A stretch of DNA of 64,000 nucleotides from Phycisphaerae bacterium (GTDB taxonomy: Bacteria > Planctomycetota > Phycisphaerae > UBA1845 > Fen-1342), in assembly GCA_963675745.2 (NCBI GenBank), contig CAXXWX010000019.1, forward strand, positions 224,001-288,000. Reading direction: 5' to 3'. A model generated the notes under the pieces. The model saw nothing but the letters and a program-made list of their open reading frames with translations. It searched no databases and was not told where the DNA came from. The position numbers and the translations under genes are program-made. This document shows positions 18,725-26,907 of this stretch, in pieces (the stretch's first letter is position 1; every line of letters starts with the position of its first letter).

Positions 18725-19312
18725 TCATTCCTCACCGTCACTGTTTGCGTCGGAAGTCGCGTTGTCAGCCGAGGCGCCCACCTGCTCTCCCAGCGCGGTC
18801 GCCCAGCCATCCTTGATCCGCTCAAAACGTCGATCGAGCGATTTGATGATTAGATCCACCGGCGATTGGTCGGCGTACAATTTCGCATCCACTCCCGCCA
18901 GGCGCAGCGCCTTGGCACGCTCAAACTGCAACGCCCAGAATTCCAACAAGTCACGTTCGTTCCACGCCTCGTTCAGTGCCTCTCGTTGGGCGGCGTTCAG
19001 CGTCGCATCATCCTGCTCGAGGCGGTGCAACAGATCGCGGTGCAACATGATCCGCAACCCCTCGTGCTGACGCTGGAAGACGAACTGCTGTACCTCGTCG
19101 GCGCGCTGCTGGGCGTTGAGCGCCAGACGCAGCGACGGTGCCGTGCAACCTCCCACCAGCAGCACCATAAGAACCAGCACCAGCGCTCGGCGGCAGAACC
19201 GGTGCAACGTGACGCCGTGACTCTCTTGTGCATTCACTGCCAGATCCTCACAAACCCGCGCGGCTGCGCGCCGCGGTCCCCGTTCACGATTCTCGCTTCG
19301 CGCGATGACCAT
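18725..19312 (-). CDS. Alpha-helical lipoprotein of unknown function
   Basis: RRALVLVLMVLLVGGC lipobox-like signal followed by a helical/coiled-coil mature part. Start ATG 19312 or GTG 19237. Confidence 0.65.
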   Translation of the reverse strand: MVIARSENRERGPRRAAARVCEDLAVNAQESHGVTLHRFCRRALVLVLMVLLVGGCTAPSLRLALNAQQRADEVQQFVFQRQHEGLRIMLHRDLLHRLEQDDATLNAAQREALNEAWNERDLLEFWALQFERAKALRLAGVDAKLYADQSPVDLIIKSLDRRFERIKDGWATALGEQVGASADNATSDANSDGEE

Positions 19313-19316
19313 GCCC

Positions 19317-19616
19317 TCAACCTCCCAGTTCGCCGAGCAACCGCACGGCACACACAAAACCGTCCGTCCATTTCTCAGCACTGATCGCCTCGGCGAGCTG
19401 CTGAACGGTGTCGCGCAGGGCGCTGTCGGACAGCCAGCCACCCGCCGGCGCTTCGCGCGAGAGCGTGGCGTCGTTGTAGTCGCGCGCCGCTGGTGTCTGT
19501 GTCTGCTGTACGTGCTGGGCTTCGATAAGCAGTGCGTCGATCACCTGCCGCGCCGCGCGGACAAAGGTGCGCGCCGTGTTCTGATCCAACTGTTCCGCGA
19601 ATGTCACGAGGTCCAT
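19317..19616 (-). CDS. Hypothetical helical protein (99 aa)
   Basis: GGAGG RBS; in operon; MDLVTFAEQLDQNTARTFVRAARQVIDALL... Confidence 0.7.
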   Translation of the reverse strand: MDLVTFAEQLDQNTARTFVRAARQVIDALLIEAQHVQQTQTPAARDYNDATLSREAPAGGWLSDSALRDTVQQLAEAISAEKWTDGFVCAVRLLGELGG

Positions 19617-19679
19617 CGTATGCCTCCGTTGTACAAGGCCGCGCTACCCGCGGCCGGGGTCCGATGTGCCGGCCGATTG

Positions 19680-19967
19680 CTACGCCTGGTCCAGCACCTC
19701 GAGTTGGTGCGAAAGACGGGCAAACCACTCGGCCTCTGTTTCCCGCTGCGAACGCAGTTCCTCACGCAGCGCGGTCAGCGCCGCCGTGTTTGTTCCGATC
19801 ACGTCAAGCAGGCGGTCATTAATGTCGATGAGCTGGGCTGCATGCGATTGCGACGCCTCGACGGCACGCGATGTTCGTACGCGCTCCTGACGCTCATACC
19901 ACCACATCACGAATAGCAGCCCCGCGATCCCCAGCGATGGAATCTGCTCCACGACCGCGTCGAGCAT
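19680..19967 (-). CDS. TM + coiled-coil protein, BhlA/UviB holin-like architecture
   Basis: MLDAVVEQIPSLGIAGLLFVMWWYERQER... followed by a coiled coil (LLDVIGTNTAALTALREEL); start overlaps the upstream stop. Confidence 0.6.
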   Translation of the reverse strand: MLDAVVEQIPSLGIAGLLFVMWWYERQERVRTSRAVEASQSHAAQLIDINDRLLDVIGTNTAALTALREELRSQRETEAEWFARLSHQLEVLDQA

Positions 19968-20293
19968 CACGGCACCAACTCGTACCACACGGTCAACTGG
20001 AAGTCCTTGTCGAGTCCGTCCATGCTGTTCGTGAACACCAGCGCTTCGCCGATTTTGGTTGTCACCCCATACTCGCGCCCGAAGAACAGGTCATGCGGGG
20101 CATAGCTGTCGATTCGCAGCCAGCCAAGAATGGTCGTCGGCGTCTCCTCCCCCAGACGCGACTTCAATGTCAGCCTGCCGGTGTCCGTGCCGCTGTACAG
20201 CACGCGCGTGATCAGCACGCGCTTGCCGGCAACAGCCGCCACAAGTTCGGCGTTAATCTGAGACCCCGAGTGTTGCGCCGTGGCAATCGCCAT
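19967..20293 (-). CDS. Hypothetical beta-rich protein (108 aa), possibly structural
   Basis: AGGAG RBS; MAIATAQHSGSQINAELVAAVAGKRVLITRVLYS...FQLTVWYELVP. The ORF-track N-terminal extension overlaps gp36 and was discarded. Confidence 0.7.
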   Translation of the reverse strand: MAIATAQHSGSQINAELVAAVAGKRVLITRVLYSGTDTGRLTLKSRLGEETPTTILGWLRIDSYAPHDLFFGREYGVTTKIGEALVFTNSMDGLDKDFQLTVWYELVP

Positions 20294-20348
20294 CTTCTGT
20301 ATCTCCTGTGTCTCAACAATGGTCGCGCAGGTACGCCGGATGCCGCGC

Positions 20349-20801
20349 TCAAAGTCCGTCGAGTTCGTCTCCGGTGAACTTGCGCGCACTCCCCGAATAC
20401 CGCGGCGAATCGTCCACCGCCGTCGGGCCGGCAATCGGGCGCGCCGCCGGTAGGTTGATCGCGCCGCGCGCCACTCCCTTGAACCACTCAGTGGTGGCCA
20501 GGTACACATCACGGACGCGACCCGGAATGTCACCCACGAACGGCGAGCTCTTCCACGCACCGTACTCAGCAAAATCCAACACTCGCGCCTGTAAGGTCGC
20601 TTCAAGGTCCGCGTTGGCGCTGATGTTGATCGGTGTCGCGTAACGCACTGACAAATAGCTGTCGGCTTCCGACTGGGCTTCGTCAATGATCTGTTGCGCG
20701 ACGCTCGCTGATGCCGTCTTGCCATCAACCCTGTCTGTGAGCCGCGCGTAGAGCAAACTGCCCAGCCGGGCAGTGAGATCCGCGGTCGTGATGTATGCCA
20801 C
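20349..20801 (-). CDS. Mu gp36-like head-tail connector (DUF1320)
   Basis: MAYITTADL, IIDEAQSEADSYLSVRYATP, VRDVYLATTEWFKGVARGAINL; GAGGAG RBS before GTG. Confidence 0.85.
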   Translation of the reverse strand: MAYITTADLTARLGSLLYARLTDRVDGKTASASVAQQIIDEAQSEADSYLSVRYATPINISANADLEATLQARVLDFAEYGAWKSSPFVGDIPGRVRDVYLATTEWFKGVARGAINLPAARPIAGPTAVDDSPRYSGSARKFTGDELDGL

Positions 20802-20824
20802 TGTCGCTCTCCTCGGCGGCGCGC

Positions 20825-20845
20825 CCGGGGTCACGTGGACCCCGG
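20825..20845. terminator. Hairpin between the capsid and connector genes (attenuator or mRNA stabiliser)
   Basis: CCGGGGTC-ACGTG-GACCCCGG; no U-tract. Confidence 0.4.
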
Positions 20846-20888
20846 TGCGACACCGCTGTGGGAAAAGGCTCCCCCGCTCGCGTTTCTG

Positions 20889-21818
20889 TTATGTCAGCGT
20901 CACCAGGCAGGCGTTTTGCCAGAAGCCATACCCCGCCTCGTGAATCGCCTTCACGCCGTACTGGTGCTGGTTCTCATTGATCTCGAGCTCACTGCCCTCG
21001 GCCAGGGCCTGCACCTGGACGGGAAGCTCTTCCTGGAATATGAACGGGCGCGTCTCGCCATCACCACGAAAGATGGCGAACTTGGTCGTCCAGCTCAGTC
21101 GCGGATTGGCGACCCACTCGACACGAAACGGCTCCGGCCCGGCCAGTGGATTAACCGTGCCATCACCGGGCTTGCCGGTCAGGGCGGCCAACGTCGCCGG
21201 CAGGAAGGGCATCGGTACCATCACCATGAAATCACGCGACGACTCGTTCAGCGGCTCACCCGCGTCATCCTTGAGCCCCATCAGTTGCGTGATGCCGTGG
21301 ACGATCCCCTCGTACATCTCGATTTCGGTTGGCGCGGTTGGTGTCGCGACGTCATGCGTGATGCTGTTGCTCTGCGCGCCCGAATCACCCTCATTGTGGT
21401 CCGTGGCAAAAAAATTGCTGCCGTCGTACGCCGCTGAGCTCTCGCCGGCTTGCAGCAGCGTCGTCAACAGCTTGTTGGGATGGGTGGCCACGCGCCGCGC
21501 CATCTCGTTGACGCGCACCATGATCTGCCCGGTCTTGTCACGCCGCTGTTCATCGGCATCGACACGTATCGTCGACTCCCACACCTTGTTGACGATCGTC
21601 ACGCCCTGCGCGCTCAGCGGCTTGACGCGGCGACCACCAACCCACTCGCGCACCTGGGGGACCATCCCCAGCCAGCGATACGTCTCACTTTCCTGCGCGC
21701 TGGAGAAATGCAGCGCCAGTTTGGTCCACCACGCGGCTTGCGCGTACTCCTCGAGTCGGCGGTAAAACCGCCCGATGATCGCGCGCGACGTTAATCCTGT
21801 CTCAGTCACAACTGCCAT
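20889..21818 (-). CDS. Mu-like major head subunit gpT
   Basis: ETYRWLGMVPQVREWVGGR, TIVNKVWESTIRV, DKTGQI, YDGSNFFATDH, RPFIFQ, AGYGFWQ. Confidence 0.9.
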   Translation of the reverse strand: MAVVTETGLTSRAIIGRFYRRLEEYAQAAWWTKLALHFSSAQESETYRWLGMVPQVREWVGGRRVKPLSAQGVTIVNKVWESTIRVDADEQRRDKTGQIMVRVNEMARRVATHPNKLLTTLLQAGESSAAYDGSNFFATDHNEGDSGAQSNSITHDVATPTAPTEIEMYEGIVHGITQLMGLKDDAGEPLNESSRDFMVMVPMPFLPATLAALTGKPGDGTVNPLAGPEPFRVEWVANPRLSWTTKFAIFRGDGETRPFIFQEELPVQVQALAEGSELEINENQHQYGVKAIHEAGYGFWQNACLVTLT

Positions 21819-21880
21819 GTTCTTGTCTCCCAATCGGTCTCTGCTTGTCTCTTTTGATTCGTCAGCCAGGTCGTTCAGTC

Positions 21881-22016
21881 AGTTCTCAGTGTTCAGTTGT
21901 CAGTTTCAGCAGCGACAACACCCGCCGAGATCAGCGAACCTGTAACGCGAATCAGCGCCACGGCCGCAGCATCTGTGTTCGCTGTTTCTGTTCCTGAAGA
22001 CTGAACACTGAAAACT
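21881..22016. repeat. Heptamer-based (TCAGTNN) imperfect inverted repeat inside the capsid operon
   Basis: AGTTCTCAGTGTTCAGTTGTCAG (21881-21903) versus CTGAAGACTGAACACTGAAAACT (21994-22016): 20 of 23 positions complementary. Confidence 0.8.
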
Positions 22017-22022
22017 CCTCCG

Positions 22023-22433
22023 TTACTGCCATGGCTGACAGCGCACGCGCGCGAGGTTGGTTCCTTCGAGCCCGATCAGCACACCGATCGCGCTGTTCCC
22101 GCTCGACGTAAGCGTCAACGTGCCGTCGTCGCTGGCGTACACAACGCTGCCCACGTCGCTCTGCGTAACCCCGCTCAGCGTGTGGACAATGTCCACGACC
22201 TGGTGCAGGCGCGCCGCAATACCGCCGGCCGCGTGTCCCGCAATCGTGTTGTCCGCCTGACGGTAGGCCACGCCCACGAACGTGTCTGCGGCGACAAGCG
22301 GTCGCGCGTATCCCGTGCTGGCGTTCAATCCGACCAAGGCCCCCTTGAAGATCACAACGTCATCATCGACCGGCACGTCGATCAGTTCCTGTGTGGCAAA
22401 AAACTCCACTTCGCGATCCGCAGTCAACGCCAT
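22023..22433 (-). CDS. Capsid cement/decoration-like protein
   Basis: MALTADR...PV...IFKGALV...GYARP...FVGVA...DN...DVGSVVYASDDGTLT, typical of the small gene between protease and gpT in Mu-like phages; AAGGAG RBS. Confidence 0.75.
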   Translation of the reverse strand: MALTADREVEFFATQELIDVPVDDDVVIFKGALVGLNASTGYARPLVAADTFVGVAYRQADNTIAGHAAGGIAARLHQVVDIVHTLSGVTQSDVGSVVYASDDGTLTLTSSGNSAIGVLIGLEGTNLARVRCQPWQ

Positions 22434-22480
22434 TGGTGATATCTCCTTCATGTTGGGTGACAGCTTCCGCCGCCAAATGA

Positions 22481-23473
22481 TCAAATGCTCGTGGACACCG
22501 AGCCACGCCGTACGCGGCCCGCAAGCACCGCGCGCTCATACGCCGTCAGATCCTCAACTTCGATCCCCGCGCGCCGAAAGGCATCGGCGTTGCGCGCGTA
22601 GGTCAGCTCGACATCCGATCGTGCCAGCACGTCGCCGCGCGCATCGAGTTCCACGACGCGCCCCGGCGGCAGCAAGACAGGCGCGCGCGCCAACCGGGCC
22701 GCCGTCGCTTGCGGATCGCGCAGGTAGTCCTCGCGCCAATCCATGCTGTTGGCGTCGAGGATCTTCCCCACGCGCATGCCACGCTCGACAAACGTGTCGG
22801 CCTCTTGTCCAGCGAGTTGCCGCCGCAGCCGCGCCACTTCTTCCTGTGCAGCATCCAATTCGCGTTCGGCCAGCAGCGCCGCTTCGAGCGTGATCTGGTC
22901 TTCGGAGTCGCCGTTGATAGCTGCGGGCTGAACGCCGCGTGAGGCGGCGAGCGGCGTAACATCGTGCATCGCAGGGTCATTGGTAAGTGCCACCGGCCCC
23001 AACGCCGCCACATCACCATGATCCTCGTCGGCCCAGTAGATCACGGGCGAGAAGTAGCGGTACTCCCCGGCCGCCAGCAGTGTCTTGGCTCGATCCGTCC
23101 ACGTGACGTCCACGGCCCACAGACCGTCATCGCGCACCTCGAGCCTGCCGATCCAACCCGCCGCCGGTCGCAAACCGTCCGCGCGTGTGTTGAGATGCTC
23201 AAAGCTCTGGTGCTCATAGTCGATCGCCAGCTTGCGCCCCAGGCCGTCGAACCACCGCTTGGCCGAGTCCGCGTGCCGGCGCGTGAATTCAAAGCTGCCG
23301 CCCGACACCGGGTGTTCAACCTCTATCGCCCCAAACGGAATGAGCAGCCATTCACTCACCGGCTCGGCTCGGCGTGTCGCCAGGACACTGTACGTGTTGG
23401 CATCGCAGTCAACGCACATGTCGGCGGCTTGCACGAGTTCATGGGCACGCAGGCGGTCAAGCGCATCGGTCAT
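22481..23473 (-). CDS. Mu-like prohead protease I with C-terminal scaffold region
   Basis: LAIDYEHQS, PAAGWI, GLWAVDVTWT, GEYRYFSPV, ALTNDPA; scaffold-like VERGMRVGKI...W...DP...LARAP. Start uncertain (frame open to 23665). Confidence 0.88.
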   Translation of the reverse strand: MTDALDRLRAHELVQAADMCVDCDANTYSVLATRRAEPVSEWLLIPFGAIEVEHPVSGGSFEFTRRHADSAKRWFDGLGRKLAIDYEHQSFEHLNTRADGLRPAAGWIGRLEVRDDGLWAVDVTWTDRAKTLLAAGEYRYFSPVIYWADEDHGDVAALGPVALTNDPAMHDVTPLAASRGVQPAAINGDSEDQITLEAALLAERELDAAQEEVARLRRQLAGQEADTFVERGMRVGKILDANSMDWREDYLRDPQATAARLARAPVLLPPGRVVELDARGDVLARSDVELTYARNADAFRRAGIEVEDLTAYERAVLAGRVRRGSVSTSI

Positions 23474-23675
23474 GATCTCGCTGACACGCCCGAAATCAGC
23501 CTCAACCCCGCTGCTTAGCAGCGCCAACGCCTCTCTGAGCCCATCACCGATGATCGGCGGTGGTGGGAATGCTGCCCGCGGAGGCTCGCAGGTGTTTCTG
23601 GTTGTATCTGTGCGTTCCAAGCTGATCACCTCGCTTTCTGCGTTTCGTTGTCCATCCCGCCGCACGACGCGCGGC

Positions 23676-24164
23676 TCAACTCGCCTTGACCCGGCGCCGC
23701 TTACTCTCGGCGGGCGCTTGAACCATGAGCTCGACGTTCCCCTTGCTGCTGCACCGACCGGTCGAACGAAACCCCAGCGCCTCGTAAAAGCGGCGCGGAT
23801 TGCCCGAGCTCATGTCGAGCTTGCAGCGCACCTCGGTCGATCCTGTCTGACGAATCAGCGCACGCCCCACTCCCAGCCCCCGATACGCCGGATGCACCAG
23901 CACGTTGATCAGCCGCTTGCCGGCGGTCTGTATCGCGATGCCGACCAAAATCGCGTCGACTTCCGCAATGAAAACGCGGTGGTGCTTGCCGGACAGGATG
24001 TCCGCGAGTTGGCCGCGCCGCATGAAGTAGTCCTTGCGCAAAACCGTGTCGAAGAAGAACAGCAACGGCTCGACGTCCGTCGGCCCCACCCGCCGCACAC
24101 TGAGGTTCGCCACACGCCTTGGTTCCGCCGTGGCGCTATCGTTTTTCCGCGTGCGTTTGTTCAC
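23676..24164 (-). CDS. GNAT family N-acetyltransferase
   Basis: VLVHPAYRGLGVGRALI (acetyl-CoA motif A) and NPRRFYEALGF; GTG start overlaps the portal stop (GTGA); GGAGG RBS. Confidence 0.85.
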   Translation of the reverse strand: MNKRTRKNDSATAEPRRVANLSVRRVGPTDVEPLLFFFDTVLRKDYFMRRGQLADILSGKHHRVFIAEVDAILVGIAIQTAGKRLINVLVHPAYRGLGVGRALIRQTGSTEVRCKLDMSSGNPRRFYEALGFRSTGRCSSKGNVELMVQAPAESKRRRVKAS

Positions 24165-25480
24165 GATTGGCCCTCCCGCGAGACGGTGGTTTCGCCACTC
24201 TGAGCCTGCGGGATGCCCAACGCCTGGTGCAACCATGGCAGCGGTATGGACAGTCCCAGGTCGTTGACCGCAACGGCCAACGTCTCGGCCAGGACTTTCG
24301 TATCCACCGATTGCACCAACGACCGCCGAAAGTGCGGCACGGGAACATCATCGCCAAAGCGCGCCTGCACGATCGGCTTGAGCACATCGCGGCGCAGCGT
24401 GTCTGCCTCGTCGTTTATGTCGTCGACAAGCAGGTCTTCGCGGACGCGGTCGTGGACCTCCGCCGCCGCACGCGAGCCCGTGTTTCCCATGTCGGTCGTC
24501 AGGTGTTGCCCCAGCCAGAGAATGGTTATCTCGGTATTGCAGTAGTCCTGGAGTGGCAGGTAAGGCTTGTCACCGCCCTTGGATTCGAGAAAGTCCATCT
24601 CGACGTTCTTGCTGAACGCCGCCACCGCGTCGGTGCCCAAACGCGTGAGCATCTTCAGCAGCTCACTCTTGTCGGGCTCCGGCGTGCCGGGTTCATAACG
24701 CGCGACCCGCACGGGCATGCCGGCGATCTGCGAGTAGATAAGCCAATCTTTGAAGCTCAGGTTCTGGGCCACATAGAGCAGCACGGAGGCACGCAGCAAC
24801 CCATCCTCAAAGTGTCGTCCCGGACGCGGGCGCGGCTTGTGAACGATCCATTTGGTCGGGTGTTCGTCGAGCGCAATCCCGAATGAGGCGCTGTCCGCCG
24901 TGCGCACGCACAGCCGCCACGGCTGCTGCGGGTCGGCGACCAGGCGCGAGTACGGCACGGGCACAACATCCACCAGCCGACCACGCTCCCACACCAGTTC
25001 GGCAACGGATATGCCATAGCCGATTGCGTTGGCCAGGTGGTCGAGCGCTTCACGGAATCGGTCAAGCCCCGCAAGCGTTGCTCGGCAATGTTCAACCGCG
25101 GCAGCCGCATCCCCCGCGATACTCCGGTGATCGGCGCTCTTGCAGTCTGGCGGCGACTGCAACTGCCCGGGTGAGAGCTCCCACTCCAGTCCGGTCAGCG
25201 CCAGGCGGCGCGTCGCCTCGACGGCGGCCAGCCGCGGCCATTTTTGCAGCATCTCGGAGAACAGTTCGAATTGCAGTTGCGGCGCGCCGGAGTCGGCGCT
25301 TTGCAGGAAGCTCAGCAGGCGGGCGGGCGTGATGCCCACGCTGGGGTACATGCGCAAGCTGTCCTCGCGCCAGGGCCGGATCACACGGCCATCGCACGCC
25401 GGCGCGGTTTTCTCTCCCGGCAGCAGCGATCCCAGGGTCTTTAGCAGGCTGAGGGCATGACGGCGGGTCTTCTTGAGCAC
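24161..25480 (-). CDS. Mu gp29-like portal protein (DUF935)
   Basis: GITPARLLSFLQSADSG, RRLALTGLEW, NAIGYGISVAELVW, KWIVH, GLLR, GMPVRVARY, LGQHLTT, GSRAAAEVHDRVR; AAGGAGG RBS before GTG 25480. Confidence 0.9.
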   Translation of the reverse strand: MLKKTRRHALSLLKTLGSLLPGEKTAPACDGRVIRPWREDSLRMYPSVGITPARLLSFLQSADSGAPQLQFELFSEMLQKWPRLAAVEATRRLALTGLEWELSPGQLQSPPDCKSADHRSIAGDAAAAVEHCRATLAGLDRFREALDHLANAIGYGISVAELVWERGRLVDVVPVPYSRLVADPQQPWRLCVRTADSASFGIALDEHPTKWIVHKPRPRPGRHFEDGLLRASVLLYVAQNLSFKDWLIYSQIAGMPVRVARYEPGTPEPDKSELLKMLTRLGTDAVAAFSKNVEMDFLESKGGDKPYLPLQDYCNTEITILWLGQHLTTDMGNTGSRAAAEVHDRVREDLLVDDINDEADTLRRDVLKPIVQARFGDDVPVPHFRRSLVQSVDTKVLAETLAVAVNDLGLSIPLPWLHQALGIPQAQSGETTVSREGQS

Positions 25481-25534
25481 GGCGGCAGCCTCCTTCACGC
25501 GGGGGGGCTGACCGCGCCCACGCCGCATGCATCA

Positions 25535-25569
25535 AGAATAGCACAGAAGTCTAGCTATTCTAGGACTAG
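25535..25569 (-). promoter_or_regulatory. Putative promoter/operator of the capsid operon
   Basis: AT-rich patch with inverted repeat AGAATAGC-N11-GCTATTCT (25535-25561); on the minus strand an extended -10 TGcTATTCT overlaps one arm. Confidence 0.5.
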
Positions 25570-25704
25570 CCGTCGGCCTGGCGCCGTCTGCGCCGCATTG
25601 CGCTGTTCTGGTGGACTATCCCCCTGCCAAGTCACCGGCCCCAACGAGTGGAAATTGTCCCCCGCACCTCGCGCCCGGGGCCGCACGCTCCTCTCGGGCG
25701 CGGA

Positions 25705-26148
25705 TTACTCGGGCACGCCGTCGGCGGTGCGTTGTCGCGCCGCCCCTACGCGCGTGCTGCCGCACTCCGGGCACTTCACGGTCTCACTCGTGTCCGCCGG
25801 CACAAACCGCTCGTTACACGCGCGGCATTCCCATACCGGATAGCAATCACGCGACCCCGTGTCAGGGCACACCGCCGGATAAACCCGTTGGGCATCCATG
25901 GGCAGCTCGAATTCGGCGCCGGTCGACAGGCTGCGCACTATCACGACAGCCGGAGTCGCCTTGCCCCCTGGTTGAGCGCTTAGCATGACGTAGACCACGC
26001 CGGCGGTCAGGAGCAACGCAAGCCCGATCGTCGCCATCAGCCAATGATGGCGACGCAGGCGCCGGGCAAATGCGCCGACAGAGACATCGCCGTCGCCGTC
26101 AATCGCCGAGTGGAGCGTTCTTAGTGATTGTGATCCATCACGACGCAT
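25705..26148 (-). CDS. Membrane-anchored zinc-ribbon protein
   Basis: One TM helix, then CPDTG, CRAC and CPECG motifs; GAGGA RBS. Confidence 0.7.
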   Translation of the reverse strand: MRRDGSQSLRTLHSAIDGDGDVSVGAFARRLRRHHWLMATIGLALLLTAGVVYVMLSAQPGGKATPAVVIVRSLSTGAEFELPMDAQRVYPAVCPDTGSRDCYPVWECRACNERFVPADTSETVKCPECGSTRVGAARQRTADGVPE

Positions 26149-26271
26149 GCTCGATCCTCGTCCGCCATCTAATATGGTACCGGCGCGAATTGGGCAAGGC
26201 GTCAAACCTCACTCCTCAAATGCCGCCGCCTCCCTCGCTCTCCATCTCCGGCCTGCTACACTACCACTACC

Positions 26272-26751
26272 ATGAGCTTCCGCACCGGCATCGGCTACGA
26301 TCTCCACCGCACCACCGAACAGCGCCCGCTCGTGCTCGGCGGCGTGACGATTGACGCCCCGTTCGGCCTCGCCGGCCATAGCGATGCTGATGTCGTGCTG
26401 CATGCGCTATGCGACGCACTGCTGGGGGCCGCGGGCCTCGGCGACATCGGCGAGCTCTTCCCGGATACCGATCCCACTTACGAGAATGCGGACAGTTGTG
26501 TGTTCGTCCACGAAGTCCTGCGACGCGTCCGCGCCGCCGGCTTCGAACCGGTCAACGTCGACATCATCATCCACGCCCAAAAGCCCAAGCTCGGCGAACA
26601 CAAGTCGACCATCCGGGCGTCACTCGCCAAGCTGTGCAGCCTGCCCTCCGAAGCCGTCGGCGTGAAGGCCACCACCAACGAGGGCCTCGACGCCATCGGT
26701 CGCGGCGAGGCACTCGCCTGCTGGGCAACCGTGTTGCTGGCATCCCGCTGA
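26272..26751 (+). CDS. ispF: 2-C-methyl-D-erythritol 2,4-cyclodiphosphate synthase
   Basis: RTGIGYDLH, GHSDADVVLHALCDALLGA, GDIGELFPD, VKATTNEGL. Confidence 0.97.
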   Translation: MSFRTGIGYDLHRTTEQRPLVLGGVTIDAPFGLAGHSDADVVLHALCDALLGAAGLGDIGELFPDTDPTYENADSCVFVHEVLRRVRAAGFEPVNVDIIIHAQKPKLGEHKSTIRASLAKLCSLPSEAVGVKATTNEGLDAIGRGEALACWATVLLASR

Positions 26752-26907
26752 GGTGACGTCACGCACGTCGCGCAGTCCACCTGCCTGCCGCCTCAAATCC
26801 GGCCGGCGAGCGATATGTAGGCGCTGGGGCGGCCTGCCGCTATATTTCCCCTGGAAGCCCCGCGGCGGTGCGGTTCGCGCGTCGGCTACGAGTGGGAGCG
26901 TTTTGCG

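Larger units (their letters stand above)
18505..25480 (-). other. Mu-like phage head-gene operon lacking terminase, tail and transposase (domesticated element or remnant)
   Basis: 11 co-directional ORFs, several with overlapping start/stop codons, in Mu head-gene order, flanked directly by host-type genes. Confidence 0.85.

Noticed and set aside
20889..21818. Classical encapsulin (family 1/2) shell gene
   Set aside because: The motifs are those of Mu gpT, and it is accompanied by portal, protease and connector genes, which encapsulin operons lack.
23676..24164. Mu Mom DNA-modification enzyme
   Set aside because: Only generic GNAT motifs are visible; size and position do not specifically support Mom.
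18505..25480. Complete or active Mu-like prophage
   Set aside because: No terminase, tail, transposase/integrase, repressor or terminal/att repeats are visible; only about 7 kb with host genes on both sides.
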